Virus record (IMG/VR): IMGVR_UViG_3300037502_000347
Span: 1 to 36,059 of that record
Direction: 5' to 3' (one strand)
Length of the DNA stretch: 36,059 nucleotides
Origin: a virus
In this document: positions 17,367 through 26,412 of the stretch, piece after piece
Layout: each line of letters starts with the position of its first letter
Numbering within the stretch: the stretch's first letter is position 1
Program-made: the position numbers and the translations under genes
Notes under the pieces: model-generated
Seen by the model: the letters and a program-made list of their open reading frames with translations, nothing else
Databases searched by the model: none
Told to the model about the DNA's origin: nothing

Positions 17367-17981
17367 TTATCCTCTTACTGCGATTAATGAGAAGTCTTTG
17401 ATGCTGTTTACTGGTTGTGATTGACCGTCAATATTCATACATGTACGCATATAACCACCACGACCATTCTCACCTGGAGAACCTACGGCAACACTTTGCC
17501 AGTATTGTGCTTTCTCTGTTTGGTCTGTAATTGGGATAGAAATATGCCATGCTGTTAGGTATTTCAATAACTGTACGAACCACACAGGTAGTTCTGATTC
17601 AGTTACGCTGTACTGATAATCAACATAGATTGATTCTTCATTGGTCAACAATTTTGACCCCATGATTCGGTACGCTTGAATTGGGTATGTGTCTACTGCG
17701 TTTGAATTGTATACGGCTCTAGGAGCGCCAATTCTATCAGCAGGCATCTGGTATTCGTATTTGAATTCGTTAGTTGGTGTAGTTACTAGGCGAGCTAGTT
17801 GCACCTTCTTAAATGAAAAGCTCCAAGGGTAAATCATAAGAGCTTGGTCTCTAATGTTTGGATATAGGGCATCGCACACAGACGCTTCATCAGTTCCTTC
17901 GTTGAATGATGAAATAGGTTTTGCACCTAGCATTAACAAAGCATCAGAACAAATTGATAATGCTGAATCACCTGCTGCCAT
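17367..17981 (-). CDS. Tail tubular protein A-like (adaptor)
   Basis: 204 aa. LSICSDALLMLGAKPISSFNEGTDEASVCDALYPNIRDQALMIYPWSF resembles the T7 gp11-type N-terminus. Confidence 0.7.
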   Translation of the reverse strand: MAAGDSALSICSDALLMLGAKPISSFNEGTDEASVCDALYPNIRDQALMIYPWSFSFKKVQLARLVTTPTNEFKYEYQMPADRIGAPRAVYNSNAVDTYPIQAYRIMGSKLLTNEESIYVDYQYSVTESELPVWFVQLLKYLTAWHISIPITDQTEKAQYWQSVAVGSPGENGRGGYMRTCMNIDGQSQPVNSIKDFSLIAVRG

Positions 17982-17996
17982 ATAGACCTCTATATA

Positions 17997-18032
17997 TAAT
18001 AAAAGCTACCCCACCTTTTGAGCAGGGTAGCT
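17997..18032 (-). terminator. Candidate intrinsic terminator/attenuator after the capsid gene pair
   Basis: On the minus strand, AGCTACCC (18032..18025) is followed by a 13-nt loop, GGGTAGCT (18011..18004) and UUUAUUAU. Confidence 0.5.
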
Positions 18033-18045
18033 AGTTTCTTACTAA

Positions 18046-18324
18046 TTAATCACCATCAGTGTTAGCTAATGTTGTACCGTCGTTCACGTCTACTACGCCA
18101 GAAGCGTTAGATAAAACATAAACTAAAGTAGCAACAGCAGTAGAACCTGTTGATGTTACGCAGTAAATCAAATCGCCTACGCTAAGTACGCCAGACAAGC
18201 TGTTGAAATAACCACTTGTATTAACGTCTGCAATAGCGTCTGCTGTTTTGTAAGCATAAATAGCTGGTGAGTTACCTGCTTTAGATGCTGCTACGGTTGA
18301 AAAACCAGTTGCTGAATAAGCCAT
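18046..18324 (-). CDS. Small capsid-associated protein (decoration candidate)
   Basis: 92 aa. The SD is AGAGGAG. It lies immediately downstream of the capsid gene. The motif AIYAYKTADAIADVNTSGYFN...VGDLIYCV recurs downstream of capsid genes (recollection). Confidence 0.6.
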   Translation of the reverse strand: MAYSATGFSTVAASKAGNSPAIYAYKTADAIADVNTSGYFNSLSGVLSVGDLIYCVTSTGSTAVATLVYVLSNASGVVDVNDGTTLANTDGD

Positions 18325-18338
18325 TATCTATTCTCCTC

Positions 18339-19181
18339 TTAAGATTCGCGAGCAACAATAGACACGATACCTTCTGCGTCGATAGTAGTTGCGCCAGCAG
18401 AGAACATAGATGCAACCAAGAAAGATGTTTTTTCTGGGATGTAATTGATTTCTGTTTTTGGAGCAATACCTTCGCCATAGCCGATAGCATCTTTGTGGAA
18501 TGCAAAACATGTACGGTCAAGTGAACCGTCAATAGCCAAGCCGCCTTCTGTACGGTCACCTAATACATGGAATGTAAAGCCCAAGAATGTATTTAGTTCA
18601 CCGTTTACTAATGCTTTAACAGTGTTAAAGTCAGAAGAAGTTACAGCAGTTTCAGCCAACAATGATTGCAAGCCATTTGAATGGATAACAATATGACGGT
18701 CTGTAGGTGGAACGTTGTTTTTGTCCATCAAGCCTTTAGCTTGACGAAGTTTAGCTACGTTCATGTTAGTGTCAGAACCACCAACGTCGTTGCCAACGCT
18801 TAATGATGTGCCTGAGTTAGCCAATGCGTTAAGTACCAATTGGTCTTGACGACGACCAATAGCGTTACCTAATACTTGAACAAGCTCTGAACGCTCATCA
18901 AAGTTTACTTTTTGTTGTGAGAAGATGTCGCTGTATTCAGCAGCAATCCAATCTTCCAATGTTAATGTTACGTTTGAGAAACCAACGTTTAACGGTGTAA
19001 CATCTGTTTGACCAATACGAGGTGTAGCAACGCCACGACCTACTTTTGGAAATTTAACTGTAGAACCTTCTACCCCACGACGCTGACGTACAGCACCTAC
19101 CAACATTGCTTTACCTTGGTATGCTTGTTTAACTTCCGCGTCAAATAGGGTTACAAATGCGTTTGACAATGCAATACTCAT
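18339..19181 (-). CDS. Major capsid protein
   Basis: 280 aa. It lies after the scaffold gene and has its own promoter/terminator framing and an AGGAG SD. The sequence MSIALSNAFVTLFDAEVKQAYQG... is typical of small HK97-fold podovirus capsids (recollection). Confidence 0.8.
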   Translation of the reverse strand: MSIALSNAFVTLFDAEVKQAYQGKAMLVGAVRQRRGVEGSTVKFPKVGRGVATPRIGQTDVTPLNVGFSNVTLTLEDWIAAEYSDIFSQQKVNFDERSELVQVLGNAIGRRQDQLVLNALANSGTSLSVGNDVGGSDTNMNVAKLRQAKGLMDKNNVPPTDRHIVIHSNGLQSLLAETAVTSSDFNTVKALVNGELNTFLGFTFHVLGDRTEGGLAIDGSLDRTCFAFHKDAIGYGEGIAPKTEINYIPEKTSFLVASMFSAGATTIDAEGIVSIVARES

Positions 19182-19321
19182 TTTGTGTCTCCTAATAACG
19201 AATTAATAAAAAAGTTTTGTGCTGTGGTATGCCGTGGGAACGGGCCATTGCTTGCTAATTACGTTAGCCATTCGGCAAGATTACTTGCGTTACGGGTCAC
19301 AATGTGATATGCCGTACACGC

Positions 19322-19350
19322 TTTATACCATAGTCAATAAGTAAATGCAA
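19322..19350 (-). promoter_or_regulatory. Candidate sigma70-type promoter for the capsid gene
   Basis: On the minus strand, TTGCAT (19350..19345) is followed by 17 nt and TATAAA (19327..19322). This leaves a leader of about 135 nt before the ATG at 19181. Confidence 0.4.
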
Positions 19351-19391
19351 TAGTCTTTGCCTGTTTAATTAAAAAAACTTATTATTGCAGG

Positions 19392-19418
19392 CAAAAAAAG
19401 ACCCCAATTAAGGGGTCT
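19392..19418 (-). terminator. Intrinsic terminator after the scaffold gene
   Basis: The minus strand reads AGACCCC ttaatt GGGGTCT followed by seven T. Confidence 0.75.
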
Positions 19419-19436
19419 AAGTTCCGCTCAGGAGAT

Positions 19437-20213
19437 TTAGTCACCGTATACTTGTTGGAACAAGCGTTCTACTTTTTGACGGTATGCTGGGTCTGTTTTA
19501 TATTTAGGGTCTGCTACCATTTGATTTAGCTCTGCTTTTGACGGAGCGCCATCTACAGGTGCTGATTGTGTTGGGATGCGACCTTCATAAGTCTCACGCA
19601 ACTTCATCAACGCCTTGATACCATTGGCTGTGCCACCCATAACTTTAAATTCCTCAAAGTCATCAGCACCCCAAACACCTTTTTGCACTAGGCCACTGGC
19701 CCACTGCGTCATGCCTTTAATGATTGTATCTGCATTAGGGCCAAGCGCTTTTTTCTCAGCAGCAGCATCAAACTTAACTTGCTGTTGTTGTTGACCACCC
19801 ATCTCAATGATAGGGCCAACTAGAGCATCTAACGCGGCTTGACTAACGCCATATTCTTTTGCCCATGTAGAAACGTGTCCACGAACTGGGTCATCTTCTG
19901 GGGTTTCACCAAATGCTTTCCAGTCATAGTTGCCATCTTCTGGAGCTTTGTGCTTACCTTGGCTAATCTGCTTACGCAAATCTGTCCATGATTTAGCTAA
20001 TGCTTCTAAGTCTGGCTCTGATTCGTCTTTCTTCCAAAAATTCTCAGGCCACCAATCAGGGCGTTCGAGAGGGCCGTCATCTTCTGGTTGTTGTAAATGG
20101 CTAATCTCAGCCGCTTGTGTATCTACTGCTTCATTATTCTCGATTGAAACATTATCCAATAGGCCTTCGGCAGGTTGTTCTCCGCCTTGGGGTTGGTTGT
20201 TATCTTCGGTCAT
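19437..20213 (-). CDS. Scaffolding protein candidate
   Basis: 258 aa, acidic and helical. It lies between the portal-side genes and the capsid gene. An ATGA overlap joins it to the upstream gene. Confidence 0.6.
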   Translation of the reverse strand: MTEDNNQPQGGEQPAEGLLDNVSIENNEAVDTQAAEISHLQQPEDDGPLERPDWWPENFWKKDESEPDLEALAKSWTDLRKQISQGKHKAPEDGNYDWKAFGETPEDDPVRGHVSTWAKEYGVSQAALDALVGPIIEMGGQQQQQVKFDAAAEKKALGPNADTIIKGMTQWASGLVQKGVWGADDFEEFKVMGGTANGIKALMKLRETYEGRIPTQSAPVDGAPSKAELNQMVADPKYKTDPAYRQKVERLFQQVYGD

Positions 20214-20479
20214 TTGTTTTCCTTAGCTAATTTAATACGATTTTCTAAATCCCGTACAACGCTACATTGACCCTCACGATAGAATGCAAAGCTAGGGTCA
20301 GCTCCTGGTACGGCAACAGGATGCTCTAAAATGGTTTGACGTAGCCAAGCCATGAGTTTCTTACCTTCTTCGTTGGATGCTAACACACGGAAGCATAACT
20401 TGTTTAAATCTTCACGTCGTTGCATCTCATCACGAATATCAATCTGCTGTGATTCTAAACCTTCCCAGCCATCAGCCAT
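20210..20479 (-). CDS. Small conserved head-module protein (Bbp19-like by recollection)
   Basis: 89 aa. A TAATG overlap joins it to the portal stop. The motif is GKKLMAWLRQ...DPSFAFYREGQCSVVRDLENRI. Confidence 0.5.
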   Translation of the reverse strand: MADGWEGLESQQIDIRDEMQRREDLNKLCFRVLASNEEGKKLMAWLRQTILEHPVAVPGADPSFAFYREGQCSVVRDLENRIKLAKENK

Positions 20480-22056
20480 TACATACCGCCTTTCATAGCT
20501 TCGCCTGCAACTTGTGCAGCTAACTCAGGATTTTGTTGCGCCATTATTTGCGCTTGCTCTGCCATCTGCTGTTTCATCATCTCACGTTCTTCTGGAGAGT
20601 TACGAACAGCTTGTGGAATAGCCATCTTATCACCAATCAAATCTAATAGTGCGTCCATTTTTAACATCATCTGACCTTCTGGGCCAGCTTGTTGTGCAAT
20701 CTGTGCAAACTGCATAATGTTTTGTACGTCATCCATGTTCTGTGACATAGCTAATGGAGATACTGGCGTTACCTTAATCTCAAGACCATTGACCTTTAAT
20801 GGCAAATCAATAATGCCACGGTCATCCATAATCTGTAAAATCTTCTCTACTAATGGAACCATTGTCTCGTTAATCAAACGACCAAAGGCAGAGCCTAAGT
20901 TTTGTGATAACTGTTTCATACGCTCAATAACTTCTGTTGCAGAACGTGCAGACATGTTATCTGGCGGCAATGATTCATCAAGCAAGATAGACTTAATGTT
21001 CATACGCAAGTCATTCATCACAATTTGTGATACGTTGAAGTCACCAGAACGCGCTAAAGCCTTTAATGATTCGCCTTGAGGCCCACCATTACGAGCAACA
21101 GGAATAATCACGCCTGGAGCGATTGTGACAGTATTAGGGTTAAGTACACCATCATCTGCGGCTGTATACACACCAGCAATAGCTAATGATGCGTTTTTTA
21201 GTACCAATTCTAGTACCTTATTTAGTGTCTTAATATCTGGCAATGCTGTGATTAATGGGCCGCGACCATAGATTTCACCAGCCACTTTCATGTAGCGTGA
21301 TACAACCCAAGGGCTAAACTTCATACGACGATAGACAATCTCTTGTTTGCTTTCCTTGTGGATAACATGGTAGCAATAGTCACCGCGTTTAGCATCAAAC
21401 ACAGTCGCTTCAATTAGTTCTACATCTTCTGTAGGCTTCTGCTCAATCTTATTCTTCAATGCGCCATCAATCTTAGCGTCTTTCCATTGTTGGCTGATTG
21501 CTTCGCCTTTCAAACGCATACGACGATACACGTTATCTACACGACCATTAGCGCCTTCTTCAAATGCTACTAGGAATTGTGGCACAGGAATAAAGTTAAT
21601 AGGACTTGCATCATCACCTGGTTGCACCATCATCACTGCTGTGCCTACGCATAAGTCTAGCAATGCTTCACCAACAGCAATGTCAAAGTTAGATTGCTTA
21701 ATAGTAGCAAACATCTTCTCTGTATATACATCTAACGCTGCTTGTGCTTCTGCTTTACGCTCACCTGGAATATCCGTGCCAGCTTCAAGGCGACACCATT
21801 TAGTTTGTGGTGGGAAAATGCCAGACTGCATACGGTTAGCAAATCGTTGTGTAGAGTTAATTGCCGTAGCATCAAACACACGATTCATCTTCTTAGCACC
21901 GCCTACCTTGCCATCGTAGAACCCGTCATACAGATTACGTTGTGGCAATGCAAACTCATAAGCCTCGTCGTATAGAGAACGAAACTCCTCTTTCTTTGTC
22001 AGAGCCAGTTCATGGCGCTTTAAAATATCTTCTGGTTTTAATCTCATTTCAGCCAT
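20479..22056 (-). CDS. Portal protein (T7 gp8-like head-tail connector)
   Basis: 525 aa. Size, position and N-terminal pattern (RSLYDEAYEFALPQRN...DATAINSTQRFANRMQSGIFPPQTKWCRLEAG) fit podovirus connectors. Confidence 0.8.
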   Translation of the reverse strand: MAEMRLKPEDILKRHELALTKKEEFRSLYDEAYEFALPQRNLYDGFYDGKVGGAKKMNRVFDATAINSTQRFANRMQSGIFPPQTKWCRLEAGTDIPGERKAEAQAALDVYTEKMFATIKQSNFDIAVGEALLDLCVGTAVMMVQPGDDASPINFIPVPQFLVAFEEGANGRVDNVYRRMRLKGEAISQQWKDAKIDGALKNKIEQKPTEDVELIEATVFDAKRGDYCYHVIHKESKQEIVYRRMKFSPWVVSRYMKVAGEIYGRGPLITALPDIKTLNKVLELVLKNASLAIAGVYTAADDGVLNPNTVTIAPGVIIPVARNGGPQGESLKALARSGDFNVSQIVMNDLRMNIKSILLDESLPPDNMSARSATEVIERMKQLSQNLGSAFGRLINETMVPLVEKILQIMDDRGIIDLPLKVNGLEIKVTPVSPLAMSQNMDDVQNIMQFAQIAQQAGPEGQMMLKMDALLDLIGDKMAIPQAVRNSPEEREMMKQQMAEQAQIMAQQNPELAAQVAGEAMKGGM

Positions 22057-22064
22057 ATTGCTTC

Positions 22065-22334
22065 CTAACTCTTTTTATGTGTGTTTGCAAATTTACGAGC
22101 AGCTTCTTTACTTCCAAAACCCCAAGCCTTTAATGCTAACTTTAATCTAGTAGGCTTACCATTCTCATCTACAAGTGGGCCTTTCATGCCAGCAAATCGT
22201 GCGGCAAATGACACGCGCCTAGGATTTGTTCCTGACTTTACTGGTGCTTTAAGGTTAGCGCCTTCTGTACGTTTAAAGTGTTTACGCCCAGCTTCTGTTA
22301 AGCCACCTTCTGGATTTTTATGTTTTTTCTTCAT
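22065..22334 (-). CDS. Small highly basic protein (DUF6321-like by recollection)
   Basis: The ATG at 22334 overlaps the upstream stop (TAATG). The sequence is MKKKHKNPEGGLTEAGRKHFKRTEGANLKAPV...NPRRVSFAARFAGMKGPLVDENGKPTRLKLALKAWGF. Confidence 0.6.
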   Translation of the reverse strand: MKKKHKNPEGGLTEAGRKHFKRTEGANLKAPVKSGTNPRRVSFAARFAGMKGPLVDENGKPTRLKLALKAWGFGSKEAARKFANTHKKS

Positions 22335-22912
22335 TATTCGTACCACTCTATTCTTAAATTACATGGATGAGCTTGTGAATTTACATTAGTCAATCTAAAC
22401 AAATATGTTGTTAAAGGCTTCAATACATATTCAAAACTATATCCAGACTGACCGCCACCTTTATTTCCAGCAGGAACAAACTCTGTATATATTTCAGTTC
22501 CAACATTAGATACTGTAGGGTCTAATACAGCTGCCGCAGAACTGGTTGTTAGTAGATTTCTATTTCTACGATGAATAGTTAAAGCAGTTCCACCACTTGT
22601 TGTTGGGGCTTCATATAAGAAAAACTCTGCTTCTCCTGGGCTTTCATAAGAAAACACAAGATGAGGCGTAATGCCAGCAGGAAAAGCTAGTGCAATGTTA
22701 ATGCTACTAGATGCAGGAAGCCCAGAAGCATATGGATACATTTTATATACATAATAAGCTCTACCTTCATGCAGACGTAAATGGTTAACGTCAATAATAG
22801 GAAGCGACCTATCAGAACCAACTACTTGTTGCAGTCCATCTTTGTCTGTATAGGTAGGCGATACAAACCTAGACTTGGTAGTAATCGACTCGCGTTCTAC
22901 TTGAATAGCCAT
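22334..22912 (-). CDS. Beta-rich protein of unknown function between the terminase and portal genes
   Basis: 192 aa. It contains HLRLHEGRAYYVY...FFLYEAPTTSGGTALTIHRRNRN...YLFRLTNVNSQAHPCNLRIEWYE. It is coupled to both neighbours by TAATG overlaps. Confidence 0.6.
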   Translation of the reverse strand: MAIQVERESITTKSRFVSPTYTDKDGLQQVVGSDRSLPIIDVNHLRLHEGRAYYVYKMYPYASGLPASSSINIALAFPAGITPHLVFSYESPGEAEFFLYEAPTTSGGTALTIHRRNRNLLTTSSAAAVLDPTVSNVGTEIYTEFVPAGNKGGGQSGYSFEYVLKPLTTYLFRLTNVNSQAHPCNLRIEWYE

Positions 22913-23073
22913 TATTTACCTTTAGCTTTTTTCTTCATAGCAGTTTTAGCTGCTTTTTTAAACGCTGCATCTGTAGGAGCGCCTTCTGAGCCAGGCTCAC
23001 GCATCTTCTCTTTAGAGCCAGCTTCAATACGTTCACGCTTTGCATGAATGTTTGCATATAATCCAGGCTTCAT
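22912..23073 (-). CDS. Small basic protein (53 aa)
   Basis: My translation is MKPGLYANIHAKRERIEAGSKEKMREPGSEGAPTDAAFKKAAKTAMKKKAKGK. An ATGA overlap lies at its start and a TAATG overlap at its end. It is below the track cutoff. Confidence 0.6.
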   Translation of the reverse strand: MKPGLYANIHAKRERIEAGSKEKMREPGSEGAPTDAAFKKAAKTAMKKKAKGK

Positions 23074-23216
23074 TTCTGTTTTACTCCTGCTTCTGACATG
23101 GCAATGGCAATTGCTTGTTTCTCACTCTTAACTACAGGGCCACCTTTGCCAGAATGCAATGTGCCTTTTTTATATTCACGCATCACTTTTGCAACTTTTT
23201 TCTTCATCTTATCCAT
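23070..23216 (-). CDS. Small basic protein (48 aa, DUF6496-like by recollection)
   Basis: My translation is MDKMKKKVAKVMREYKKGTLHSGKGGPVVKSEKQAIAIAMSEAGVKQK. Confidence 0.6.
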   Translation of the reverse strand: MDKMKKKVAKVMREYKKGTLHSGKGGPVVKSEKQAIAIAMSEAGVKQK

Positions 23217-23217
23217 A

Positions 23218-23697
23218 TTAAATCCTTGTTCTGCGACCCAACATTGAATCGTTACCTAATGAATCATCCCCACCAAGTTGTGGCCCAGTAGAGATTGTAG
23301 ATGCCCCAGGAGTTTGTGCGCCTGCTAATAAGCCACCAGTAACGCGAGCAAGTCTTGCAGCAGATGCTTTTTTCTCACCTAGCTCACGACCACCAACATC
23401 TTTAATCTGTTGAGTACGTTTCTTTTGTTCTTCAAGAATAGCTTTAGTGCCACGTTGCGCCCAACCACGTTTAGCTTTTGCGCTGTATAAACCAAGTACG
23501 CGATTAGTGTAGTCAGTATCAGCTTGAGTATAAAAACTTTCTGGCTTAAATACACCTTCCCCAGCGCCTTGTTGACGAATAAACTCTAAACGACTAAGAC
23601 CACCAGCAGCGCCAGGGTCACTATATTCTGATAATAGACCTTTAGATATAGCTTCATTAAGGTCATAGCTTTTTTCTGGTGCTTTTTTCTCAGCCAT
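23218..23697 (-). CDS. Hypothetical protein
   Basis: 159 aa ORF with an ATG start, tightly packed in the late operon. Its composition is protein-like. Confidence 0.6.
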   Translation of the reverse strand: MAEKKAPEKSYDLNEAISKGLLSEYSDPGAAGGLSRLEFIRQQGAGEGVFKPESFYTQADTDYTNRVLGLYSAKAKRGWAQRGTKAILEEQKKRTQQIKDVGGRELGEKKASAARLARVTGGLLAGAQTPGASTISTGPQLGGDDSLGNDSMLGRRTRI

Positions 23698-23699
23698 GA

Positions 23700-23933
23700 T
23701 TAAGCTCCTAACGTTTCGTCAATGCCTTCTTCTGGAGTTAAGCGTTCTTCTGCTAACAATAAACGACTACCACCTTTAGTACGAGCCATACGTTTAGCTG
23801 CCATCTGTTCTGCTAGATTACGTTTTTCTTCTTCTGCTTGCTGACGTAACTTTTCAGTCTCAGCTTGTTGTTGTGCCATTTGCGCTCTAATAGCAGAAGT
23901 ATCTGCCTTTTGACCACCTACTAATCCACCCAT
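23700..23933 (-). CDS. Hypothetical coiled-coil protein
   Basis: 77 aa. It contains QQQAETEKLRQQAEEEKRNLAEQMAAKRMARTKGGSRLLL. Confidence 0.55.
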   Translation of the reverse strand: MGGLVGGQKADTSAIRAQMAQQQAETEKLRQQAEEEKRNLAEQMAAKRMARTKGGSRLLLAEERLTPEEGIDETLGA

Positions 23934-23935
23934 GC

Positions 23936-24427
23936 TTATCTCCTAACCATTAAGTCATAATCAAATTTATCCATGCTATACTGACGCATTGTGCATTCAG
24001 ATATAAACCCGATAGCTCTAGCCCACTTTATAGCGCGATTATCTGATGTTTTAACAGTTATTTGCAATCTATGCAAGCCCATCGCTATCTCACACATATC
24101 TGCAAATGCAATTCCTATCTTAGTCATGGCAATTGGGTGCGTTCTTGCTGTGTTTCCAATAACAGACCACATCTCTGCCACTCCGTCCCACAGTAATGAA
24201 CAGCCAAACACGGCAACAGGTTTGTCATATAAGAAGCATGTAAAGGCAAAGCCAAACTCTGCTTGAGCCTCTAGCATCTTCTGTACGCCTACCATCTTTT
24301 GTGCAGATAGCCCAGTAAATTCACCACCATCTACATCAAAGGCATGGTTAATTACAAATGGAGCAAAGAAAACTCCCTTAACTTTAGGGAGATTCTCATT
24401 AACTTGGCTAATACTTAAATACGTCAA
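23936..24427 (-). CDS. GNAT-like acetyltransferase candidate (start uncertain)
   Basis: 163 aa. The C-terminal LHRLQITVKTSDNRAIKWARAIGFISECTMRQYS resembles the GNAT C-terminal region. The track start at 24427 is TTG, inside the end of TerL. The first ATG is codon 45. Confidence 0.45.
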   Translation of the reverse strand: MTYLSISQVNENLPKVKGVFFAPFVINHAFDVDGGEFTGLSAQKMVGVQKMLEAQAEFGFAFTCFLYDKPVAVFGCSLLWDGVAEMWSVIGNTARTHPIAMTKIGIAFADMCEIAMGLHRLQITVKTSDNRAIKWARAIGFISECTMRQYSMDKFDYDLMVRR

Positions 24428-25964
24428 AGTCAGTCATCACAGTTCTAGCAAAAATAGGGCCACTAGAAGCCAATGGATTACGCGTCATACGCTTATGTTC
24501 GCCACCACCTAGCATTAAATAGCCAAATGCGTCACCAACGTGTGAGTGTTCATTCTTATTTGGTGCATCACGGAAGCGTTCTTGCCCTGCCCCTACTGAT
24601 ACACGCTTGAAATGGTACCCACCAGCCAGTGATTTGCGTAGCATTTTGCAACTTCTGTCTACAATCAGTCCAGGTTTACCATCAATAAGACGTTGCATAG
24701 GAGCAGCAGCCCCTTCACGACGGACTTTAAAGTCATTAGAGTGTGTAGGCTGTGCGCGTAACCCTAGTGTGCGTAGGTAATCGAAGGCTGTTACTTCATA
24801 GATTGCATCCCTTTGCATACCAGCAGGGTCGCCCCACATCATTACTTGTGCTTTAGGATAACGAGCATTGAGTTCTGCAAGCAATTGCTGACCAAAACGT
24901 TCCAAGCCCATGTCCTCTGTGACGATTTCATGTAACACTACCCATCGACCATTAGATAAACGCTGGCCTACTACTGCTGCTGGCGTTAAACCAAAGTCCA
25001 AACCAATCTGTATTGGCTGTGATTCGTCGTACTCCACATCACCACACATCAGATTATCGTCATACTCAGGCCATACAGGACGGCCTTCTTGCACATAGGT
25101 GTACTTACCCTCTGCATAACAACGAATCCAGTCTAGGTTCTTACCACCAAGCATCTGTGGATAATAGCCAGCAGGCAAGTTGTTTAAGTTCTCAGCTTTT
25201 GGGTTAATCTTCCACCAACGACCTGACGCAAATATGTGGTCATTAGCCTCTGGATTATCAGGCAAGTTAGCTGGGTCTACCTCAATCACACCACCTGGCT
25301 GATTAAAAAACTTCCACGCATACGCCCCTGTTACTTTTTCTTTCTCAGCAACACGATGCCACCAATGGTCATCATCCATAGGGTTAGTATCCATGAACAC
25401 ACCATGCCAAGTAGCACCACCATCACGCTTAGTGGGATAGCGACCAACACGGTGAGTAAGTCCATCAATAACTGCTTTAGGAAGTTCACGCGCTTCATTG
25501 ACCCATGCTCCTGTTAATTCAAGTGATAGTAACTTACGAACGTCTTTAGGTTGGTCAAGCGCTAAGAATATGACTTCACAGTCCACACCAGCAGCATCTC
25601 CCTTTGCAGGAAGGCGTATATGGTGAGTAATAGGCGGTGTCCATAGCATAGGCCCAAACGTAGATTCTGGAAATAGGTCAAGCCATGTCTTGATTGTTGT
25701 AGTCTTTAACATTGGATAGCTGTTACGCACCACTGCAAAACGTGAATAACGTATGTTGTCAATAGGCGATGGCTTCTGTTGGAGCGCCTTAATAAATATC
25801 TTGGCACAGCAAGCATAGGACTTACCACTACCTACAGGCCCCATAAGCCCTTGCACAAACGAATCGTCTTGCAGGAACTTATATACTTCTGGGGACTTAG
25901 AGAAATTCAGGTTTAGTCCATCAAAGGACACCTGTTTTCCAGATTGCTCTTTAGTTTTCGCCAT
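24408..25964 (-). CDS. terL: Terminase large subunit
   Basis: 518 aa. It has a Walker A motif, GPVGSGKS. Its size and its position after the small subunit fit TerL. Confidence 0.85.
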   Translation of the reverse strand: MAKTKEQSGKQVSFDGLNLNFSKSPEVYKFLQDDSFVQGLMGPVGSGKSYACCAKIFIKALQQKPSPIDNIRYSRFAVVRNSYPMLKTTTIKTWLDLFPESTFGPMLWTPPITHHIRLPAKGDAAGVDCEVIFLALDQPKDVRKLLSLELTGAWVNEARELPKAVIDGLTHRVGRYPTKRDGGATWHGVFMDTNPMDDDHWWHRVAEKEKVTGAYAWKFFNQPGGVIEVDPANLPDNPEANDHIFASGRWWKINPKAENLNNLPAGYYPQMLGGKNLDWIRCYAEGKYTYVQEGRPVWPEYDDNLMCGDVEYDESQPIQIGLDFGLTPAAVVGQRLSNGRWVVLHEIVTEDMGLERFGQQLLAELNARYPKAQVMMWGDPAGMQRDAIYEVTAFDYLRTLGLRAQPTHSNDFKVRREGAAAPMQRLIDGKPGLIVDRSCKMLRKSLAGGYHFKRVSVGAGQERFRDAPNKNEHSHVGDAFGYLMLGGGEHKRMTRNPLASSGPIFARTVMTDFDVFKY

Positions 25965-26412
25965 CTATAACCTCTGCATCTATAGGGTCAGGGGCAACAA
26001 TATTGACCCCAATAACAGAAGGCTTGTCTGATTCTTGTTGTTGGTCAAGCAATCCAGACGCTTTAGCCAATAACCGTAGCACTCCAATCTTGTCGAACAG
26101 CTCGATGTCCAATGTCGTCGTAGCGTTGCCCTCTTTATCATACCTAGTGTTCGACTTGATGCTCTTAATCGCTTGTAACGCATGTTCGGGTATCTCATGC
26201 GATGCTTTGACTTTAATGTTACCATGCTCATCCCAACTCATAATGTCAGTAAGATTAGTGTTAGCCATTGTCAGCAACGCATAAGCGACGGCCTCACGAT
26301 TAGCCTCTAATGTTGCAGAACGTTCTAGTGTTTTCTGGATTGTACGCACACCACCATAGTTCTTTAGGGATGGAATACGTTTAATCTTTCTTGTATCTTC
26401 TTTATCAGCCAT
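25951..26412 (-). CDS. terS: Terminase small subunit
   Basis: 153 aa. It lies upstream of TerL and overlaps it by 14 nt. ...LFDKIGVLRLLAKASGLL resembles the Terminase_2-type C-terminal region. Confidence 0.65.
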   Translation of the reverse strand: MADKEDTRKIKRIPSLKNYGGVRTIQKTLERSATLEANREAVAYALLTMANTNLTDIMSWDEHGNIKVKASHEIPEHALQAIKSIKSNTRYDKEGNATTTLDIELFDKIGVLRLLAKASGLLDQQQESDKPSVIGVNIVAPDPIDAEVIDGEN

